Position numbers and translations under genes: made by a program. A stretch of 35,339 nt of DNA from Desulfobulbales bacterium (lineage in GTDB: Bacteria > Desulfobacterota > Desulfobulbia > Desulfobulbales > JAGXFP01): assembly GCA_029210665.1 (NCBI GenBank), contig JARGFN010000004.1, positions 1-35,339 on the forward strand. The letters run 5' to 3'. The notes beneath the pieces were generated by a model. The model saw only the letters and a list, made by a program, of their open reading frames with translations. It was not told the DNA's origin and did not search any database. How positions within the stretch are numbered: the first letter of the stretch is position 1; the number at the start of each line of letters is the position of its first letter. Of this stretch, positions 14,258 to 25,789 are shown piece after piece.

Positions 14258-14265
14258 CCTTTCCG

Positions 14266-14311
14266 GCGCTCGCCAAGCCGGGACTGGCGGCGGGCGGCCG
14301 TTATCTTTTTT
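14266..14311 (+). terminator. Possible intrinsic terminator after rpoC
   Basis: GC-rich imperfect hairpin CGCTCGCC...GGCGGGCG followed a few nt later by TCTTTTTT. Confidence 0.45.
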
Positions 14312-14342
14312 GATCCGGGATGGGCAACCTCGCACATTGTTC

Positions 14343-14371
14343 TTGACAAGCATGTGTGGATAGATTAATTA
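14343..14371 (+). promoter_or_regulatory. Candidate promoter of the str operon
   Basis: Consensus TTGACA at 14343 in the rpoC-rpsL spacer; the -10 region is AT-rich but imperfect (TAATTA at 17-nt spacing). Confidence 0.45.
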
Positions 14372-14521
14372 TCCCGCTTCCTTGTTCGCGGGTCCCTTTA
14401 AACCATGGTTTTTTTGATGCCATGGGATTTGCGCAACACCTGTTTGCAGACAACATATATCCCCGGTTTTCAGGGTTTGATTTACATTCAGCAACATTCG
14501 ATAAATTTAGGAGTTTGTTAG

Positions 14522-14893
14522 ATGCCAACCATTAATCAGCTGGTAAGGAATGGCCGGAAAAAGGCGGTTAAGCGGAGTAATACTCCGGCGCTGCAAGGTT
14601 CTCCCCAGAAGCGCGGGGTTTGCGTGCGGGTCTACACCACCACGCCGAAAAAACCTAACTCCGCTCTCCGCAAGGTGGCGAGGGTCAGGCTTACCAATGG
14701 AATCGAGGTCACCTCGTATATTCCTGGTATCGGGCACAATCTACAGGAACATTCGGTTGTCTTGATCAGGGGTGGCAGGGTTAAGGATCTTCCCGGTGTT
14801 CGTTATCATATTGTCAGGGGTACCCTTGACACCCTTGGGGTTTCCGAACGGCGTCAGGGTCGTTCTAAATATGGTGCCAAGCGTCCCAAATAA
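14522..14893 (+). CDS. rpsL: 30S ribosomal protein S12
   Basis: [25 protein letters not shown]. Confidence 0.99.
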   Translation: MPTINQLVRNGRKKAVKRSNTPALQGSPQKRGVCVRVYTTTPKKPNSALRKVARVRLTNGIEVTSYIPGIGHNLQEHSVVLIRGGRVKDLPGVRYHIVRGTLDTLGVSERRQGRSKYGAKRPK

Positions 14894-14904
14894 GGAGTTA
14901 GCAG

Positions 14905-15378
14905 ATGCCCAGACGTAAGCTTGTTGCCAAACGGCAGCTTAACCCGGACCCTCGTTTTAACAGTGTTCTGGTTGCGAAATTTATTAACCGTTTAATGCAA
15001 CGCGGCAAGAAAAATATTGCCCGCGGGGTTTTTTACGATGCGATGGATATCGTCGCAAATCGGATCAGCGAGGAAGAGCCGCTGGCGGTTTTCGAAAAAG
15101 CCGTGGAGAAGGTGCGGCCCCGGGTTGAGGTTAAGTCCCGCCGGGTCGGCGGCGCAACCTATCAGGTCCCGGTGGAAGTTCGTCCCGAAAGACGCAATGC
15201 CCTGGCGATCCGCTGGCTGATTAGTTTTTCCGGCAAAAGGTCCGGACGGGCGATGTCGGAAAAACTGGCCGGTGAGTTGATGGATGCCTTCAACAATCGG
15301 GGCGCCGCCGTTAAAAAGCGCGAGGATACCCACAAGATGGCCGAAGCGAATAAGGCTTTCGCCCATTACCGCTGGTAG
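14905..15378 (+). CDS. rpsG: 30S ribosomal protein S7
   Basis: [27 protein letters not shown]. Confidence 0.99.
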   Translation: MPRRKLVAKRQLNPDPRFNSVLVAKFINRLMQRGKKNIARGVFYDAMDIVANRISEEEPLAVFEKAVEKVRPRVEVKSRRVGGATYQVPVEVRPERRNALAIRWLISFSGKRSGRAMSEKLAGELMDAFNNRGAAVKKREDTHKMAEANKAFAHYRW

Positions 15379-15521
15379 TTATTAGAAGTCGCGGGCCGAG
15401 CGATTGAAGCGAACGTTTAGCTGGTTAGCCCTCTTTTTTCTATCGAGATAGTAGTCCGCGGAACGGGCTTGGGGAATAAGTCTGGTGCGAAGAAACGAAT
15501 TGAATTGGACTGATAACGAAC

Positions 15522-17606
15522 GTGGCTTCCGATACACCGCTAGCGCGACTGCGCAATATAGGGATAATGGCCCACATAGACGCGGGCAAGACGACAACGA
15601 CCGAAAGGATTCTTTACTATACGGGCCGGTCGCATAAAATCGGCGAGGTTCATGACGGCAATGCGGTTATGGACTGGATGGAACAGGAGCAGGAGCGCGG
15701 CATCACCATTACCTCGGCCGCAACCACCTGTTTCTGGCGAAAGCATACCATAAACATTATCGATACCCCCGGCCATGTCGATTTCACTATCGAGGTCGAA
15801 CGGTCCCTGCGGGTTTTGGACGGAGCAATTGCCGTTTTTTGCGCGGTAGGCGGGGTGGAGCCGCAGTCCGAAACGGTTTGGCGACAGGCGGACAAGTATT
15901 CCATACCGCGACTCGCCTTTGTGAACAAGATGGATCGGGTCGGCGCCAATTTCGAGCGCTGCGTCGAGATGATTGCCCGGCGGCTGGGGGCTGATCCGCT
16001 TCCTCTGCAAATCCCCGTCGGCAGTGAAGACGGTTTTATTGGAGTTATTGATCTCATCGGTGAGCGGATGCTCACTTTTGATGAGCAAAAGCAGGGGCTT
16101 GAGGTCATCGAAAAACCGGTCCCTGAAGAATTCATAGAAAGCACCGCGGCCGCACGGATGAAGATTCTCGAGAAGTTGGCCGACTTCGATGAGAATCTCA
16201 TGGAAAAATACTTGGAAGAACAACCAATATCTGTTGAAGAAATTCGACAGGCGGTCAGGAATGCGACCCTGCATGACCGGATAGTACCGGTTTTTTGCGG
16301 CAGTGCCTTTAAGAACAAGGGGGTGCAGCCGCTGCTTGACGCCATTGTCGACTTTCTGCCGGCGCCGGCCGATGTGCCGCCGATCGCTGGGGTTAATGAC
16401 GCGGGCGAAACCGAGGTCAGGGAGGCGAGTCGCCAGGAAAAATTTTGCGGCCTGGTCTTCAAGCTGGCCAGCGATCCGTTTGTCGACAACCTTGCCTACC
16501 TGCGGGTTTACTCGGGCGGCTTGAAGGTCGGTGACAAGGTTTACAATCCGGTCAAGCGTAAGCAGGAGAAGATCGGCCGGATCCTCAAGATGCACGCCAA
16601 TAAGCGTGAAGAGGTCAAGGAGGTCGGAACCGGGGAGATCGCCGGCCTGGTCGGTCTAAAGTTTACCGGGACCGGCGATACAATCTGTCAGCCCGGGGAT
16701 TCGATCAAGCTGGAATCAATGGTTTTCCCCGAACCGGTGATTTCGACGGCAATTGAGCCGAAGAGCACGGCCGATGAGGATAAACTTCAGGCCAGTCTCG
16801 CCAAGATCGCCTTCGAGGATCCATCCTTCAGGATGAGAAGGGATCCCGATTCCGGTCAGACCATAATTTCGGGGATGGGTGAGTTGCACCTTGAAATTAT
16901 CGTTGATCGGCTGCTGCGCGAATTCAAGGTAGCCGCCAACGTCGGCAACCCGCAGGTCGCCTATAAGGAAACGATTGAGGGCGAGAGCAGGGCGGAGGGG
17001 TTATTCGATCAACAAGCCGGCAGCAGACCCCAGTACGGGCATGTCTGGCTGGAAGTCGCCCCCCTCGAAAGGGGCGCCGGATTTGAGTTTGAAAACCGCG
17101 TTCCGGAAGGAAACATTCCGTCCGAATTTATCCCGGCCATTGAGCGTGGTGTCGCCGGCGGCCTTGATTCCGGGGTGGTGATCGGATTTCCGACCACCGA
17201 TATAAAGGTCAGCCTTGTCGACGGTTCATATCACGAGGAGAACTCCTCGGCGCAGGCTTTCGGGGTCGCGGCATCCCTTGCCCTTCGCAAGGCCTTGAGC
17301 CAGGCCGACCCGGTTTTGCTGGAGCCGGTCATGGAGTTGGAGATTATTCTCCCGGAAGCAAGTCTGGGCGACGTGGTTGGTGATTTAAACAGCAAACGGG
17401 CCAAGATCATGGGAATGGAGGCCCGGCAGGACGGAGTTCAGGTTTTAACCGCCCAGGTGCCGCTCGCCGAAATGTTTGGTTATTCGACCAGCTTGCGATC
17501 CGCTACCCAGGGCCGGGCCAGCTTTACCATGCAGTTAGCCGCCTACGACAAGGTGCCGGAAAAAGTTGCCGACAAGATTATTAAGAGGATCAAGGGCTTT
17601 ATATGA
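15522..17606 (+). CDS. fusA: Elongation factor G family GTPase with divergent domain IV (GTG start)
   Basis: [40 protein letters not shown]; str-operon position; 694 aa. Confidence 0.95.
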   Translation: MASDTPLARLRNIGIMAHIDAGKTTTTERILYYTGRSHKIGEVHDGNAVMDWMEQEQERGITITSAATTCFWRKHTINIIDTPGHVDFTIEVERSLRVLDGAIAVFCAVGGVEPQSETVWRQADKYSIPRLAFVNKMDRVGANFERCVEMIARRLGADPLPLQIPVGSEDGFIGVIDLIGERMLTFDEQKQGLEVIEKPVPEEFIESTAAARMKILEKLADFDENLMEKYLEEQPISVEEIRQAVRNATLHDRIVPVFCGSAFKNKGVQPLLDAIVDFLPAPADVPPIAGVNDAGETEVREASRQEKFCGLVFKLASDPFVDNLAYLRVYSGGLKVGDKVYNPVKRKQEKIGRILKMHANKREEVKEVGTGEIAGLVGLKFTGTGDTICQPGDSIKLESMVFPEPVISTAIEPKSTADEDKLQASLAKIAFEDPSFRMRRDPDSGQTIISGMGELHLEIIVDRLLREFKVAANVGNPQVAYKETIEGESRAEGLFDQQAGSRPQYGHVWLEVAPLERGAGFEFENRVPEGNIPSEFIPAIERGVAGGLDSGVVIGFPTTDIKVSLVDGSYHEENSSAQAFGVAASLALRKALSQADPVLLEPVMELEIILPEASLGDVVGDLNSKRAKIMGMEARQDGVQVLTAQVPLAEMFGYSTSLRSATQGRASFTMQLAAYDKVPEKVADKIIKRIKGFI

Positions 17607-17644
17607 GCCCGGTCAAGATCGCTAAGAAATAAAGAGGAAGGATC

Positions 17645-18835
17645 ATGGCAAAGGAAAAGTTTGAAAGAAGTAAACCGCATGTAAACATCGGTACGATCGG
17701 TCATATCGATCATGGTAAAACGACTTTGACCTCGGCAATCACCCGGGTACTGGCCACCAAGGGCCTGGCCTCCGCGACCGCCTTTGACGAAATCGACAAG
17801 GCGCCCGAGGAGAAGGAGCGCGGCATCACCATCGCCACCGCCCATGTGGAGTACCAGACCGAGAAACGTCATTACGCCCACGTCGACTGTCCCGGCCACG
17901 CCGATTATATCAAGAACATGATCACCGGCGCCGCCCAGATGGACGGGGCGATCCTGGTGGTTGCCGCCACCGACGGCCCGATGCCCCAGACCCGCGAGCA
18001 CATTCTGCTCGCCCGCCAGGTCGGGGTGCCGGCCATCGTGGTATTCATGAACAAATGCGACCAGGTCGACGATGAGGAACTCTTGGAACTGGTCGACATG
18101 GAGCTCCGCGAGCTTCTCAATAAATACGAGTTCCCCGGCGACGACACCCCGATCATCCAGGGCAGCGCCCTGAAGGCCCTGGAGAATCCCGAGGATGAAG
18201 CGGCCGCCAAGTGTATCTGGGAATTGATGGAAGCGTGCGACAGTTTCGTGCCGGAGCCGAAGCGCGATATCGACAAGCCTTTCCTGATGCCGGTTGAGGA
18301 TGTTTTCTCGATTTCCGGGCGCGGCACCGTCGCCACCGGCCGGATCGAGCGGGGGATCATCAAGGTCGGCGGCGAGGTTGAGATCGTCGGCATCACCGAT
18401 ACCCAGAAGACCACGGTTACCGGGGTCGAGATGTTCCGCAAGCTGCTGGACGAGGGTCAGGCCGGCGACAATGTCGGCATCCTGCTGCGCGGCACCAAGC
18501 GCGAGGAGATCCAGCGCGGTCAGGTTCTCGCCGCGCCGAAGACCATCACCCCGCATACCAAGTTCAAGGCGGAATGCTACATATTGAGTAAAGAGGAAGG
18601 CGGTCGGCATACCCCGTTTTTCAACGGCTATCGTCCGCAGTTTTACTTCCGGACCACCGACGTGACCGGAGTGGTAAATCTGGAGGCCGGAGTTGAGATG
18701 GTAATGCCCGGTGACAACGTTACCATCGAGGGCTCCCTGATCACCCCGATCGCCATGGAAGAAGGCCTTCGTTTCGCGATCCGTGAGGGTGGCCGGACCG
18801 TCGGCGCCGGCGTTATCAATAAGATTATCGAGTAG
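17645..18835 (+). CDS. tuf: Elongation factor Tu (str-operon, tufA-position copy)
   Basis: Protein identical to the 519-1709 copy. Confidence 0.99.
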   Translation: MAKEKFERSKPHVNIGTIGHIDHGKTTLTSAITRVLATKGLASATAFDEIDKAPEEKERGITIATAHVEYQTEKRHYAHVDCPGHADYIKNMITGAAQMDGAILVVAATDGPMPQTREHILLARQVGVPAIVVFMNKCDQVDDEELLELVDMELRELLNKYEFPGDDTPIIQGSALKALENPEDEAAAKCIWELMEACDSFVPEPKRDIDKPFLMPVEDVFSISGRGTVATGRIERGIIKVGGEVEIVGITDTQKTTVTGVEMFRKLLDEGQAGDNVGILLRGTKREEIQRGQVLAAPKTITPHTKFKAECYILSKEEGGRHTPFFNGYRPQFYFRTTDVTGVVNLEAGVEMVMPGDNVTIEGSLITPIAMEEGLRFAIREGGRTVGAGVINKIIE

Positions 18836-18845
18836 GGTGGGAAAA

Positions 18846-19157
18846 ATGCTGTCGACTCAGAAAATTCGAATCAGGCTCAAGGGCTATGACCATAAGCTCC
18901 TTGACAAGTCAACCTTGGAGATCGTCGATACGGCTAAGAGGACCGGGGCCAGCATTGCCGGGCCGATCCCGCTGCCGACCTCCATTAACAAGTATTGTGT
19001 TCTTCGGTCGCCTCATGTTGACAAGAAGTCCCGTGAGCAATTCGAAATGAGAACGCATCGACGGCTTCTCGACATCCTTGAACCAACCCAGCAGACCATC
19101 GACGCCCTTATGAAGTTGCAGTTGTCGGCCGGTGTTGATGTTGAGATCAAGCTGTAA
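18846..19157 (+). CDS. rpsJ: 30S ribosomal protein S10
   Basis: [32 protein letters not shown]; ATG at 18846. Confidence 0.98.
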   Translation: MLSTQKIRIRLKGYDHKLLDKSTLEIVDTAKRTGASIAGPIPLPTSINKYCVLRSPHVDKKSREQFEMRTHRRLLDILEPTQQTIDALMKLQLSAGVDVEIKL

Positions 19158-19180
19158 AATTAAAACTATCGGTTACGAAA

Positions 19181-19810
19181 ATGCCTAAAACAATGGGAAT
19201 AATGGGGAAGAAAGTGGGAATGACCAGGATCTATTCCGAGAATGGTTCCGCTATCCCGGTAACGGCCATAGAGGCCGGACCGTGTGTTGTTCTCCAGAGA
19301 AAAACCGTCGCCAATGACGGCTATGACGCGATCCAGGTGGGTTTTGCCGGCAAGAACGAAGCGCGGTTGAATCGGCCCGCGGCCGGGCACGTCAAGCCGG
19401 CCGGCAAAGGCGGATTTTACCATATCAAGGAGTTCAGGGTAGAAAATCTCGACCAGTATGAAGTCGGCCAGGAAATTATGATCGGCGACCTGTTCAAAGT
19501 CGGCGATCTGGTTGACGTGAGCGGCGTGAGCAAGGGCCGCGGCTTTCAAGGCGTGATCAAGCGGCATGGTTTCGGCGGCGGTAAAAAAACCCACGGTTCC
19601 ATGTTTCACCGGGCACCCGGCTCCATCGGATGCAGTGCTACGCCCAGTAAGGTTGTCAAGGGGAAAAAGATGCCCGGCCGGATGGGTAATGACCTGGTGA
19701 CTAAGAAAAATGTTATAATCGTCGATGTCCGATCCGAGGACAATGTGTTGCTGGTTAAGGGCTGTGTGCCCGGGGCCAAGCAGGGTCTGCTCCGCATTTT
19801 TACCAAATAG
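19181..19810 (+). CDS. rplC: 50S ribosomal protein L3
   Basis: GKKVGMT, SKGRGFQGVIKRH, HRAPGSIG. Confidence 0.99.
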   Translation: MPKTMGIMGKKVGMTRIYSENGSAIPVTAIEAGPCVVLQRKTVANDGYDAIQVGFAGKNEARLNRPAAGHVKPAGKGGFYHIKEFRVENLDQYEVGQEIMIGDLFKVGDLVDVSGVSKGRGFQGVIKRHGFGGGKKTHGSMFHRAPGSIGCSATPSKVVKGKKMPGRMGNDLVTKKNVIIVDVRSEDNVLLVKGCVPGAKQGLLRIFTK

Positions 19811-19877
19811 GCGGCCGGTCCGGAGATAATAAACCAACTGTTTACGGTGTTTAACGCTCGTTGGGGGTAGTCAGAAA

Positions 19878-20501
19878 ATGGCAGTTATGGAAGTCAAAAA
19901 CATAGAAAATAAAAAAGCCGGCGATATTGAGCTCAACGAAGCCATTTTCGGTGTTGAGGTCAAAGAGCACATCATTCATGATATTGTCAGGATGCAGCTT
20001 GCCAATCGCCGAGGCGGTAACGCCTGTACGAAAACCAGGGGCGAAGTGCGCGGCTCCGGTGCTAAGCCCTGGCGCCAGAAGGGAACCGGGCGCGCCCGGG
20101 CCGGAACCAGAAAGTCGCCTCTGTGGCGCAGCGGCGGGACCGCCTTTGGCCCCAAGCCCCGCGATTTCAGTTACAAGCTGCCGCGCAAAGTCAGGAAGAT
20201 CGGTATTTGCATGGCCCTGAGTTCCAGGCTGTCCGAAGACAATCTGGTTGTGCTTGACGCCTTCCAGCTTGAGCAGATCAAGACCAGAAATTTCGTTGAG
20301 GTCATGAATAATCTTTCCATCGATAACGCCTTGATCGTTACCGGTGGGCTTAACGAAAATCTCGAGAAGTCTTCGCGCAATGTCCACGGTTTCAAGGTGA
20401 TGTCGAGCAAGGGACTTAACGTTTACGACATTCTTTTACATAAAAAGGTGATCTTGCTGCAAGATTGCCTTGGCCAGCTGGAAGAGAGGTTGCTGTCATG
20501 A
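19878..20501 (+). CDS. rplD: 50S ribosomal protein L4
   Basis: KPWRQKGTGRARAG, FGPKPR. Confidence 0.99.
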   Translation: MAVMEVKNIENKKAGDIELNEAIFGVEVKEHIIHDIVRMQLANRRGGNACTKTRGEVRGSGAKPWRQKGTGRARAGTRKSPLWRSGGTAFGPKPRDFSYKLPRKVRKIGICMALSSRLSEDNLVVLDAFQLEQIKTRNFVEVMNNLSIDNALIVTGGLNENLEKSSRNVHGFKVMSSKGLNVYDILLHKKVILLQDCLGQLEERLLS

Positions 20502-20788
20502 ATAATATCACCGAAGTGATCAAAAAGCCGTGCCTTACCGAGAAAGGCATGGGCCTTCAGGAGGAGCACAACCAGATCGTCGTTAAGGTTGATCCCCGGG
20601 CCAATAAAATTGAGATCAAGGAAGCGGTTGAGCGGTTGTTCAACGTCAAGGTCGAAAAGGTTCGAACCGCCAATATGCACGGCAAGATGAAGAGAGTCGG
20701 GCGCCATATGGGAAGACGCAATGACTGGAAGAAGGCCATCGTCTCTCTTGGAGAGGGCCACAAGGTCGATTTCCTTGAGGATCTCTAG
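20498..20788 (+). CDS. rplW: 50S ribosomal protein L23
   Basis: PCLTEK, ANKIEIKEAVE, WKKAIV; ATGA overlap with the rplD stop. Confidence 0.98.
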   Translation: MNNITEVIKKPCLTEKGMGLQEEHNQIVVKVDPRANKIEIKEAVERLFNVKVEKVRTANMHGKMKRVGRHMGRRNDWKKAIVSLGEGHKVDFLEDL

Positions 20789-20853
20789 GCCGACCGGATC
20801 TTACTTGACCATTTTCGATAAACACGACGTAATTATTAAAATCGGGGTTTGAA

Positions 20854-21675
20854 ATGCCAACAAAAACCTATAAACCGACATCACCGGGCCGGCGGCAGCT
20901 GGTATCCGTTGTTAATACCGCCCTCTCGAAGGGGGGGCCGGAAAAGAGCCTTGTCAAGTCACTTAAGAAGAGCGGCGGCCGTAACAACAATGGCCGGATC
21001 ACCTCCCGGCATATCGGCGGCGGACATAAGAGAAAGTATCGCACCATCGATTTCCGCCGGGACAAGATTGACGTTCCGGCCCGGGTTGCCTCAATCGAGT
21101 ATGATCCCAACCGATCCGCGAATATCGCCTTGCTGAATTACCTGGATGGCGAAAAACGCTATATAATCTGTCCTGTCGGCATAAAAGTTGGGGATACGGT
21201 GGTTTCCGGCGAGAAGGTTGATATTAAACCGGGAAACTGCATGCCGATGGGCAATATGCCGCTTGGCTCGATCATCCATAATATCGAGATGCGGATTGAT
21301 AAGGGTGGGCAACTGGTCCGCAGCGCCGGCGTGGCGGCCCAGTTGATGGCCAAGGAAGGTGACTATGTCTCGATCAAGCTGCCGTCCGGCGAGGTTCGCA
21401 AGTTCAACCGCAGATGCCGGGCCAGCATAGGCCAGATCGGCAATATCGAGCATGAGCGCAAGAAGCTCGGCAAGGCCGGGCGCAGCCGGTGGTTGGGCCG
21501 GCGGCCCTCGGTCAGGGGCGTTGCCATGAATCCCGTTGATCATCCCATGGGTGGCGGCGAGGGCAAAAGCTCCGGTGGCCGGCATCCCTGTACACCATGG
21601 GGCGTACCGACCAAGGGTTACAAAACTCGTAAACGCAAACAATCCGATAAATATATCGTCACCAAAAGATCGTAA
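20854..21675 (+). CDS. rplB: 50S ribosomal protein L2
   Basis: [34 protein letters not shown]. Confidence 0.99.
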   Translation: MPTKTYKPTSPGRRQLVSVVNTALSKGGPEKSLVKSLKKSGGRNNNGRITSRHIGGGHKRKYRTIDFRRDKIDVPARVASIEYDPNRSANIALLNYLDGEKRYIICPVGIKVGDTVVSGEKVDIKPGNCMPMGNMPLGSIIHNIEMRIDKGGQLVRSAGVAAQLMAKEGDYVSIKLPSGEVRKFNRRCRASIGQIGNIEHERKKLGKAGRSRWLGRRPSVRGVAMNPVDHPMGGGEGKSSGGRHPCTPWGVPTKGYKTRKRKQSDKYIVTKRS

Positions 21676-21695
21676 TCAGGCAGGGGGATTTAAAA

Positions 21696-21965
21696 GTGGC
21701 TCGTTCTGTGAAAAAAGGACCGTTTATCGACGGTCATCTGATGAAAAAAGTTTTGAGTGCCAAGGAATCGGGAGCCCGTAAGGTCATTAAGACCTGGTCC
21801 CGCCGCTCGGATATCGTTCCTGATATGGTCGGGCTGACCTTCGCGGTGCACAACGGCAAGAAATTCATCCCGGTATTTGTCTCCGAGAATATGGTCGGGC
21901 ACAAGCTTGGTGAGTTTTCCCCGACTCGCACTTACTATGGTCATGCCGCCGGCCGGAAGAAGTAA
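21696..21965 (+). CDS. rpsS: 30S ribosomal protein S19 (GTG start)
   Basis: [28 protein letters not shown]. Confidence 0.99.
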   Translation: MARSVKKGPFIDGHLMKKVLSAKESGARKVIKTWSRRSDIVPDMVGLTFAVHNGKKFIPVFVSENMVGHKLGEFSPTRTYYGHAAGRKK

Positions 21966-22049
21966 GCCGGTCCGAGATTTTCGTGATTCCTTGGATTAAC
22001 TGTCTTACGGGCGGTTTTCTAGAAAGTCGTTGCATGGAGATAATTGAAA

Positions 22050-22382
22050 ATGGAAGCTAAGGCAATAGCCAGACAAATCAGGATTTCACCCCAGAAGGCC
22101 CGTTTGGTAGCGGATCTGGTGCGGGGGAGCAACGTCGCGACAGCGCTGAATACCTTGCGGTTTATGCCCAAAAAGGGTGCCCGTATTTTGCGGAAAGTTA
22201 TCGAGTCGGCGCTGGCCAATGCCGGTCAGAATGAGGCGATTGACGTGGATACCCTTTATGTAAAGGAGATATCCGTCGACGGTGGTCCCATGCTGAAGCG
22301 AATTATGCCCCGCGCCCAGGGTAGGGCCACGAGAATTTTGAAGCGGTCGAGTCATATCACGGTTGTTCTTGACGAACAGTAA
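22050..22382 (+). CDS. rplV: 50S ribosomal protein L22
   Basis: [25 protein letters not shown]; ATG at 22050 chosen for its spacing from SD GGAG. Confidence 0.98.
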   Translation: MEAKAIARQIRISPQKARLVADLVRGSNVATALNTLRFMPKKGARILRKVIESALANAGQNEAIDVDTLYVKEISVDGGPMLKRIMPRAQGRATRILKRSSHITVVLDEQ

Positions 22383-22454
22383 GTGAAATTTGCCCGGGCG
22401 AATCGCCCTTCGGCACGGTAAAACAACGGAATTTAAGTTCATGGAGGGTTTGTT

Positions 22455-23105
22455 TTGGGCCAGAAAGTCAATCCAATAGGGTTAAGACTTAATATAGTTA
22501 AGACCTGGAATTCCATTTGGTACGCGGACCGGGATTACGCCGTCTTTCTGATCGAAGATCAGAAGATCCGGAAATTCCTCAAGAAAAGGTTGTATCATGC
22601 CGGCATCTCCAAGATTGAGATCGCCCGGACCGGCGAGAAGGTTCGGGTCAAGATTCATACCGCCAGGCCCGGGATAGTTATCGGGAAAAAGGGTTCCGAG
22701 ATCGAGACCCTCAAAGCCGACCTCGACAAGTTCACCAACCGCGAGTGCCATGTTGATATTCAGGAGGTTCGGCGGCCCGAGGCCGAAGCGCAGCTGGTTG
22801 CTGAAAATATCGCCATGCAGCTCGAACGGCGGATGGCTTTCCGGCGGGTCATGAAAAAGGCGGTCAATGTTGCCTTGAAGTTCGGCGCGAAAGGTATTAA
22901 GGTGTCGTGTTCCGGTCGGTTGGGCGGCGCGGAGATGTCACGGTGTGAATGGTCTCGCGAGGGCCGGGTGCCGCTGCATACTCTGCGGGCCGATATCGAC
23001 TACGGTTTTGCCGAGGCTCACACGACCTATGGTTTGATCGGGGTAAAGGTATGGATATTCAAGGGCGAGGTCCTTTCCGAAGCGGAAATGGCCACCGAAC
23101 AGTGA
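22455..23105 (+). CDS. rpsC: 30S ribosomal protein S3 (TTG start)
   Basis: [35 protein letters not shown]. Confidence 0.99.
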   Translation: MGQKVNPIGLRLNIVKTWNSIWYADRDYAVFLIEDQKIRKFLKKRLYHAGISKIEIARTGEKVRVKIHTARPGIVIGKKGSEIETLKADLDKFTNRECHVDIQEVRRPEAEAQLVAENIAMQLERRMAFRRVMKKAVNVALKFGAKGIKVSCSGRLGGAEMSRCEWSREGRVPLHTLRADIDYGFAEAHTTYGLIGVKVWIFKGEVLSEAEMATEQ

Positions 23106-23160
23106 TTTCGTATCCTTATTTAGATAGTGCAACAATCCGCTGAATTAACGAGGCGAAGAC

Positions 23161-23577
23161 ATGTTAAGTCCTAAGAAGGTAAAGTTTAGAAAGTGTTTCA
23201 AGGGTCGCCTGAAAGGCAAGGCCATTCGTGGATCCGATATTTCTTTCGGCGACTATGCCCTTAAAGCTTCCGAGTGCGGCAAGATGAGCGCCCGGCAGAT
23301 CGAGGCGGCCCGTATTGCCATCAATCGGAAAATCAAGCGTGGCGGGCAGATGTGGATCAGGGTTTTCCCCGATGTTCCGGTGACCAAGAAACCGGCTGAA
23401 ACCAGAATGGGTAAAGGGAAAGGCAGTCCCGAAGGCTGGGTCGCCAATATTAAACCCGGCAAGATACTCTACGAACTTTCCGGGGTGGATGAGGCGTTGG
23501 CTCTCCGAGCCCTGCAGTTGGCGGCCGGCAAGCTTCCCTTTGCGACCAAGATAATTACCAGGAGTACGACGATATGA
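23161..23577 (+). CDS. rplP: 50S ribosomal protein L16
   Basis: [24 protein letters not shown]. Confidence 0.99.
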   Translation: MLSPKKVKFRKCFKGRLKGKAIRGSDISFGDYALKASECGKMSARQIEAARIAINRKIKRGGQMWIRVFPDVPVTKKPAETRMGKGKGSPEGWVANIKPGKILYELSGVDEALALRALQLAAGKLPFATKIITRSTTI

Positions 23578-23777
23578 AAGCCAGTGAGTTGCGCGGACTG
23601 AGCATCGACGATCTTGTTGCCAAGGAGAATGATCTTGCCGAGGAGTTGTTTAAACTGAATTTCCAACACGGAATTCGTCCTCTGGAGAACACCGCCAAGT
23701 TGGGCGAGCTGAAGAAGCATATAGCCCGGGTGAAGACCGTGGTCGGCGAGAAACGAAAAATGGAAGCAGCTGGCTGA
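23574..23777 (+). CDS. rpmC: 50S ribosomal protein L29
   Basis: [21 protein letters not shown]; ATGA overlap with rplP. Confidence 0.97.
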   Translation: MKASELRGLSIDDLVAKENDLAEELFKLNFQHGIRPLENTAKLGELKKHIARVKTVVGEKRKMEAAG

Positions 23778-23825
23778 GTTAGCCCAGGTTCAGCTGTACA
23801 ATAATGATTTTACAGGATTGCTAAG

Positions 23826-24092
23826 ATGGCAGAAGTGGAAACCAAAAGAAAAAAGAGATCGCTGTCCGGGGTTGTGTTGAGCGCCAGTATGGACAAAAGC
23901 GTTGTGGTGCAAATCGAACAGCTGATCCGGCATAAGCTTTACGGTAAGTTCATGCGGCGCCATGTCAAGTACATGGCCGATGATCCGGAAAACACCTGTA
24001 AGGTAGGCGATAAGGTTTTAATCGAGGAGTGTCGGCCGCTCAGTAAAAACAAAAGATGGCGACTTCGGACGATCATCGAGCGCGCCCTGTAG
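23826..24092 (+). CDS. rpsQ: 30S ribosomal protein S17
   Basis: MDKSVVV, GDKVLIEECRPLSKNKRW. Confidence 0.98.
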   Translation: MAEVETKRKKRSLSGVVLSASMDKSVVVQIEQLIRHKLYGKFMRRHVKYMADDPENTCKVGDKVLIEECRPLSKNKRWRLRTIIERAL

Positions 24093-24190
24093 TTACCAGC
24101 TAAACTCTGTCATCTTTTTGTTGATTGTAAGCCGGGGTACCATCCGGTGAAAAATCAGGAAACGGGATACTGCATAATGGCGGTGGAGAT

Positions 24191-24559
24191 ATGATACAAA
24201 CAGAAACAGTTTTGAATGTTGCGGACAACAGCGGTGCCCGGGCAGTTCTTTGCATCAAGGTTCTTGGCGGCAGTAAACGTCGTTATGCCCGAATCGGTGA
24301 TATTATTGTGGTTACCGTGAAAGAGGCGATCCCCAATGCCAAGGTCAGCAAGGGTGATGTACTCAAGGCCGTGGTTGTGCGGACCGCCAAGGAGTTGCGG
24401 CGGATGGACGATACCTACGTTAAATTTGACGACAATTCGGCGGTCTTGCTCGGGGCCAACGGCGAGCCGATCGGCACCCGGATCTTCGGGCCGGTGGCCA
24501 GGGAATTACGGGCCATGGGTTTCATGAAGATTGTCTCTTTGGCCCCCGAAGTACTCTAA
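24191..24559 (+). CDS. rplN: 50S ribosomal protein L14
   Basis: [27 protein letters not shown]. Confidence 0.99.
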   Translation: MIQTETVLNVADNSGARAVLCIKVLGGSKRRYARIGDIIVVTVKEAIPNAKVSKGDVLKAVVVRTAKELRRMDDTYVKFDDNSAVLLGANGEPIGTRIFGPVARELRAMGFMKIVSLAPEVL

Positions 24560-24585
24560 TCGCGATTACCTTTTGATTTTTAGAT

Positions 24586-24619
24586 ATTCGCCTGACCTGC
24601 TGCGGGTCAGGCGAATTTT
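24586..24619 (+). terminator. Strong hairpin between rplN and rplX (weak terminator or mRNA stability element)
   Basis: 12-bp perfect stem ATTCGCCTGACC/GGTCAGGCGAAT with a short T run after it. Confidence 0.5.
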
Positions 24620-24648
24620 GGCAACAGGCATACAAAATAGGCTTTAGA

Positions 24649-24972
24649 ATGAAAAAGATAAAACTAAACGACCGGGTCGAGGTCATTGCCGGGAAAGACA
24701 AGGGCATGGTCGGCAAGGTTATCAGAGCGTTCCGTGACACGGATAAGGTCATTGTCGAGAAGATCAATATGATCAAGCGGCATACCAAACCCAATATGGC
24801 CAATCAGCAGGGCGGCATCATCGAAAAAGAGGCGTCGATCGATGTCTCGAATGTGATGTTGCTCTGTCCCGCCTGTTCCAAGGCGGCGCGGGTCGGTTTT
24901 AAGATTTTGGATGATGGCGCCAAGGTTCGGGTTTGCAAGAAATGCGGCGAATCGGCTGAAGCCAAGGCCTGA
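24649..24972 (+). CDS. rplX: 50S ribosomal protein L24
   Basis: KOW motif [21 protein letters not shown]; CPAC and CKKC pairs. Confidence 0.98.
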   Translation: MKKIKLNDRVEVIAGKDKGMVGKVIRAFRDTDKVIVEKINMIKRHTKPNMANQQGGIIEKEASIDVSNVMLLCPACSKAARVGFKILDDGAKVRVCKKCGESAEAKA

Positions 24973-25001
24973 TCAAGGTTTAACGGTTTTTGGAGATATA
25001 A

Positions 25002-25541
25002 ATGGCTGGGATAAAGGAATTATACAAAGAGAACTGCGTGCCGCAGCTTATGAAGGAATATGGCTACAGCAACATCATGCAGGTGCCTAAGCTGGACAAG
25101 GTAGTGCTTAACATGGGGCTTGGCGAAGCGGTGCAAAACCCCAAGATAATCGAAAGCGCCGTCAATGAGCTTTCCCTGATTGCCGGGCAGAAGGCCATGG
25201 TTACCAAGGCCAAGAAGTCGATTGCCACCTTCAAGCTCCGTGAGGGGATGCCCATCGGTTGCCGGGTTACCTTGCGGGGCGACAAGATGTGGGATTTCCT
25301 CAGTAAGCTGATCAATATAGCCTTGCCGCGGGTTCGTGATTTCAGGGGGGTTTCGCCCCGGGCTTTCGACGGCAACGGCAATTATGCGATGGGTATCAAG
25401 GAACATATTATCTTTCCGGAAATCGATTACGACAAGATAGACAAGATCAAGGGACTTAACATTTCCATCGGAACTACCGCCGAGAGCGACGACGAGGGGC
25501 GTTTCTTGTTGAAATCCCTGGGAATGCCTTTCAGAAAATAG
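25002..25541 (+). CDS. rplE: 50S ribosomal protein L5
   Basis: [31 protein letters not shown]. Confidence 0.99.
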   Translation: MAGIKELYKENCVPQLMKEYGYSNIMQVPKLDKVVLNMGLGEAVQNPKIIESAVNELSLIAGQKAMVTKAKKSIATFKLREGMPIGCRVTLRGDKMWDFLSKLINIALPRVRDFRGVSPRAFDGNGNYAMGIKEHIIFPEIDYDKIDKIKGLNISIGTTAESDDEGRFLLKSLGMPFRK

Positions 25542-25556
25542 ACAGGAGGTAGAGGG

Positions 25557-25742
25557 TTGGCGAAAAAATCTTTGATAGCGAAGAGTCAACGGAAGGCTAA
25601 GTTCCCGGTTCGAGCCTACAACCGTTGTCCTCTCTGCGGCAGGCCGCGGGCGTTTATCAGAAAATTTGGTGTGTGCCGGATCTGTTTCAGGTCTCTGGCT
25701 AACCATGGCGAGATAACAGGCGTTACCAAATCGAGTTGGTAA
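25557..25742 (+). CDS. rpsN: 30S ribosomal protein S14, short Zn-binding (type Z) form, TTG start
   Basis: 61 aa; RCPLCGRPR...CRICFR, KSSW. Confidence 0.98.
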   Translation: MAKKSLIAKSQRKAKFPVRAYNRCPLCGRPRAFIRKFGVCRICFRSLANHGEITGVTKSSW

Positions 25743-25789
25743 CGTGTGATAATCTTTTGTTAGAAGTTCTAACTTAAGGAGTAATAGTT

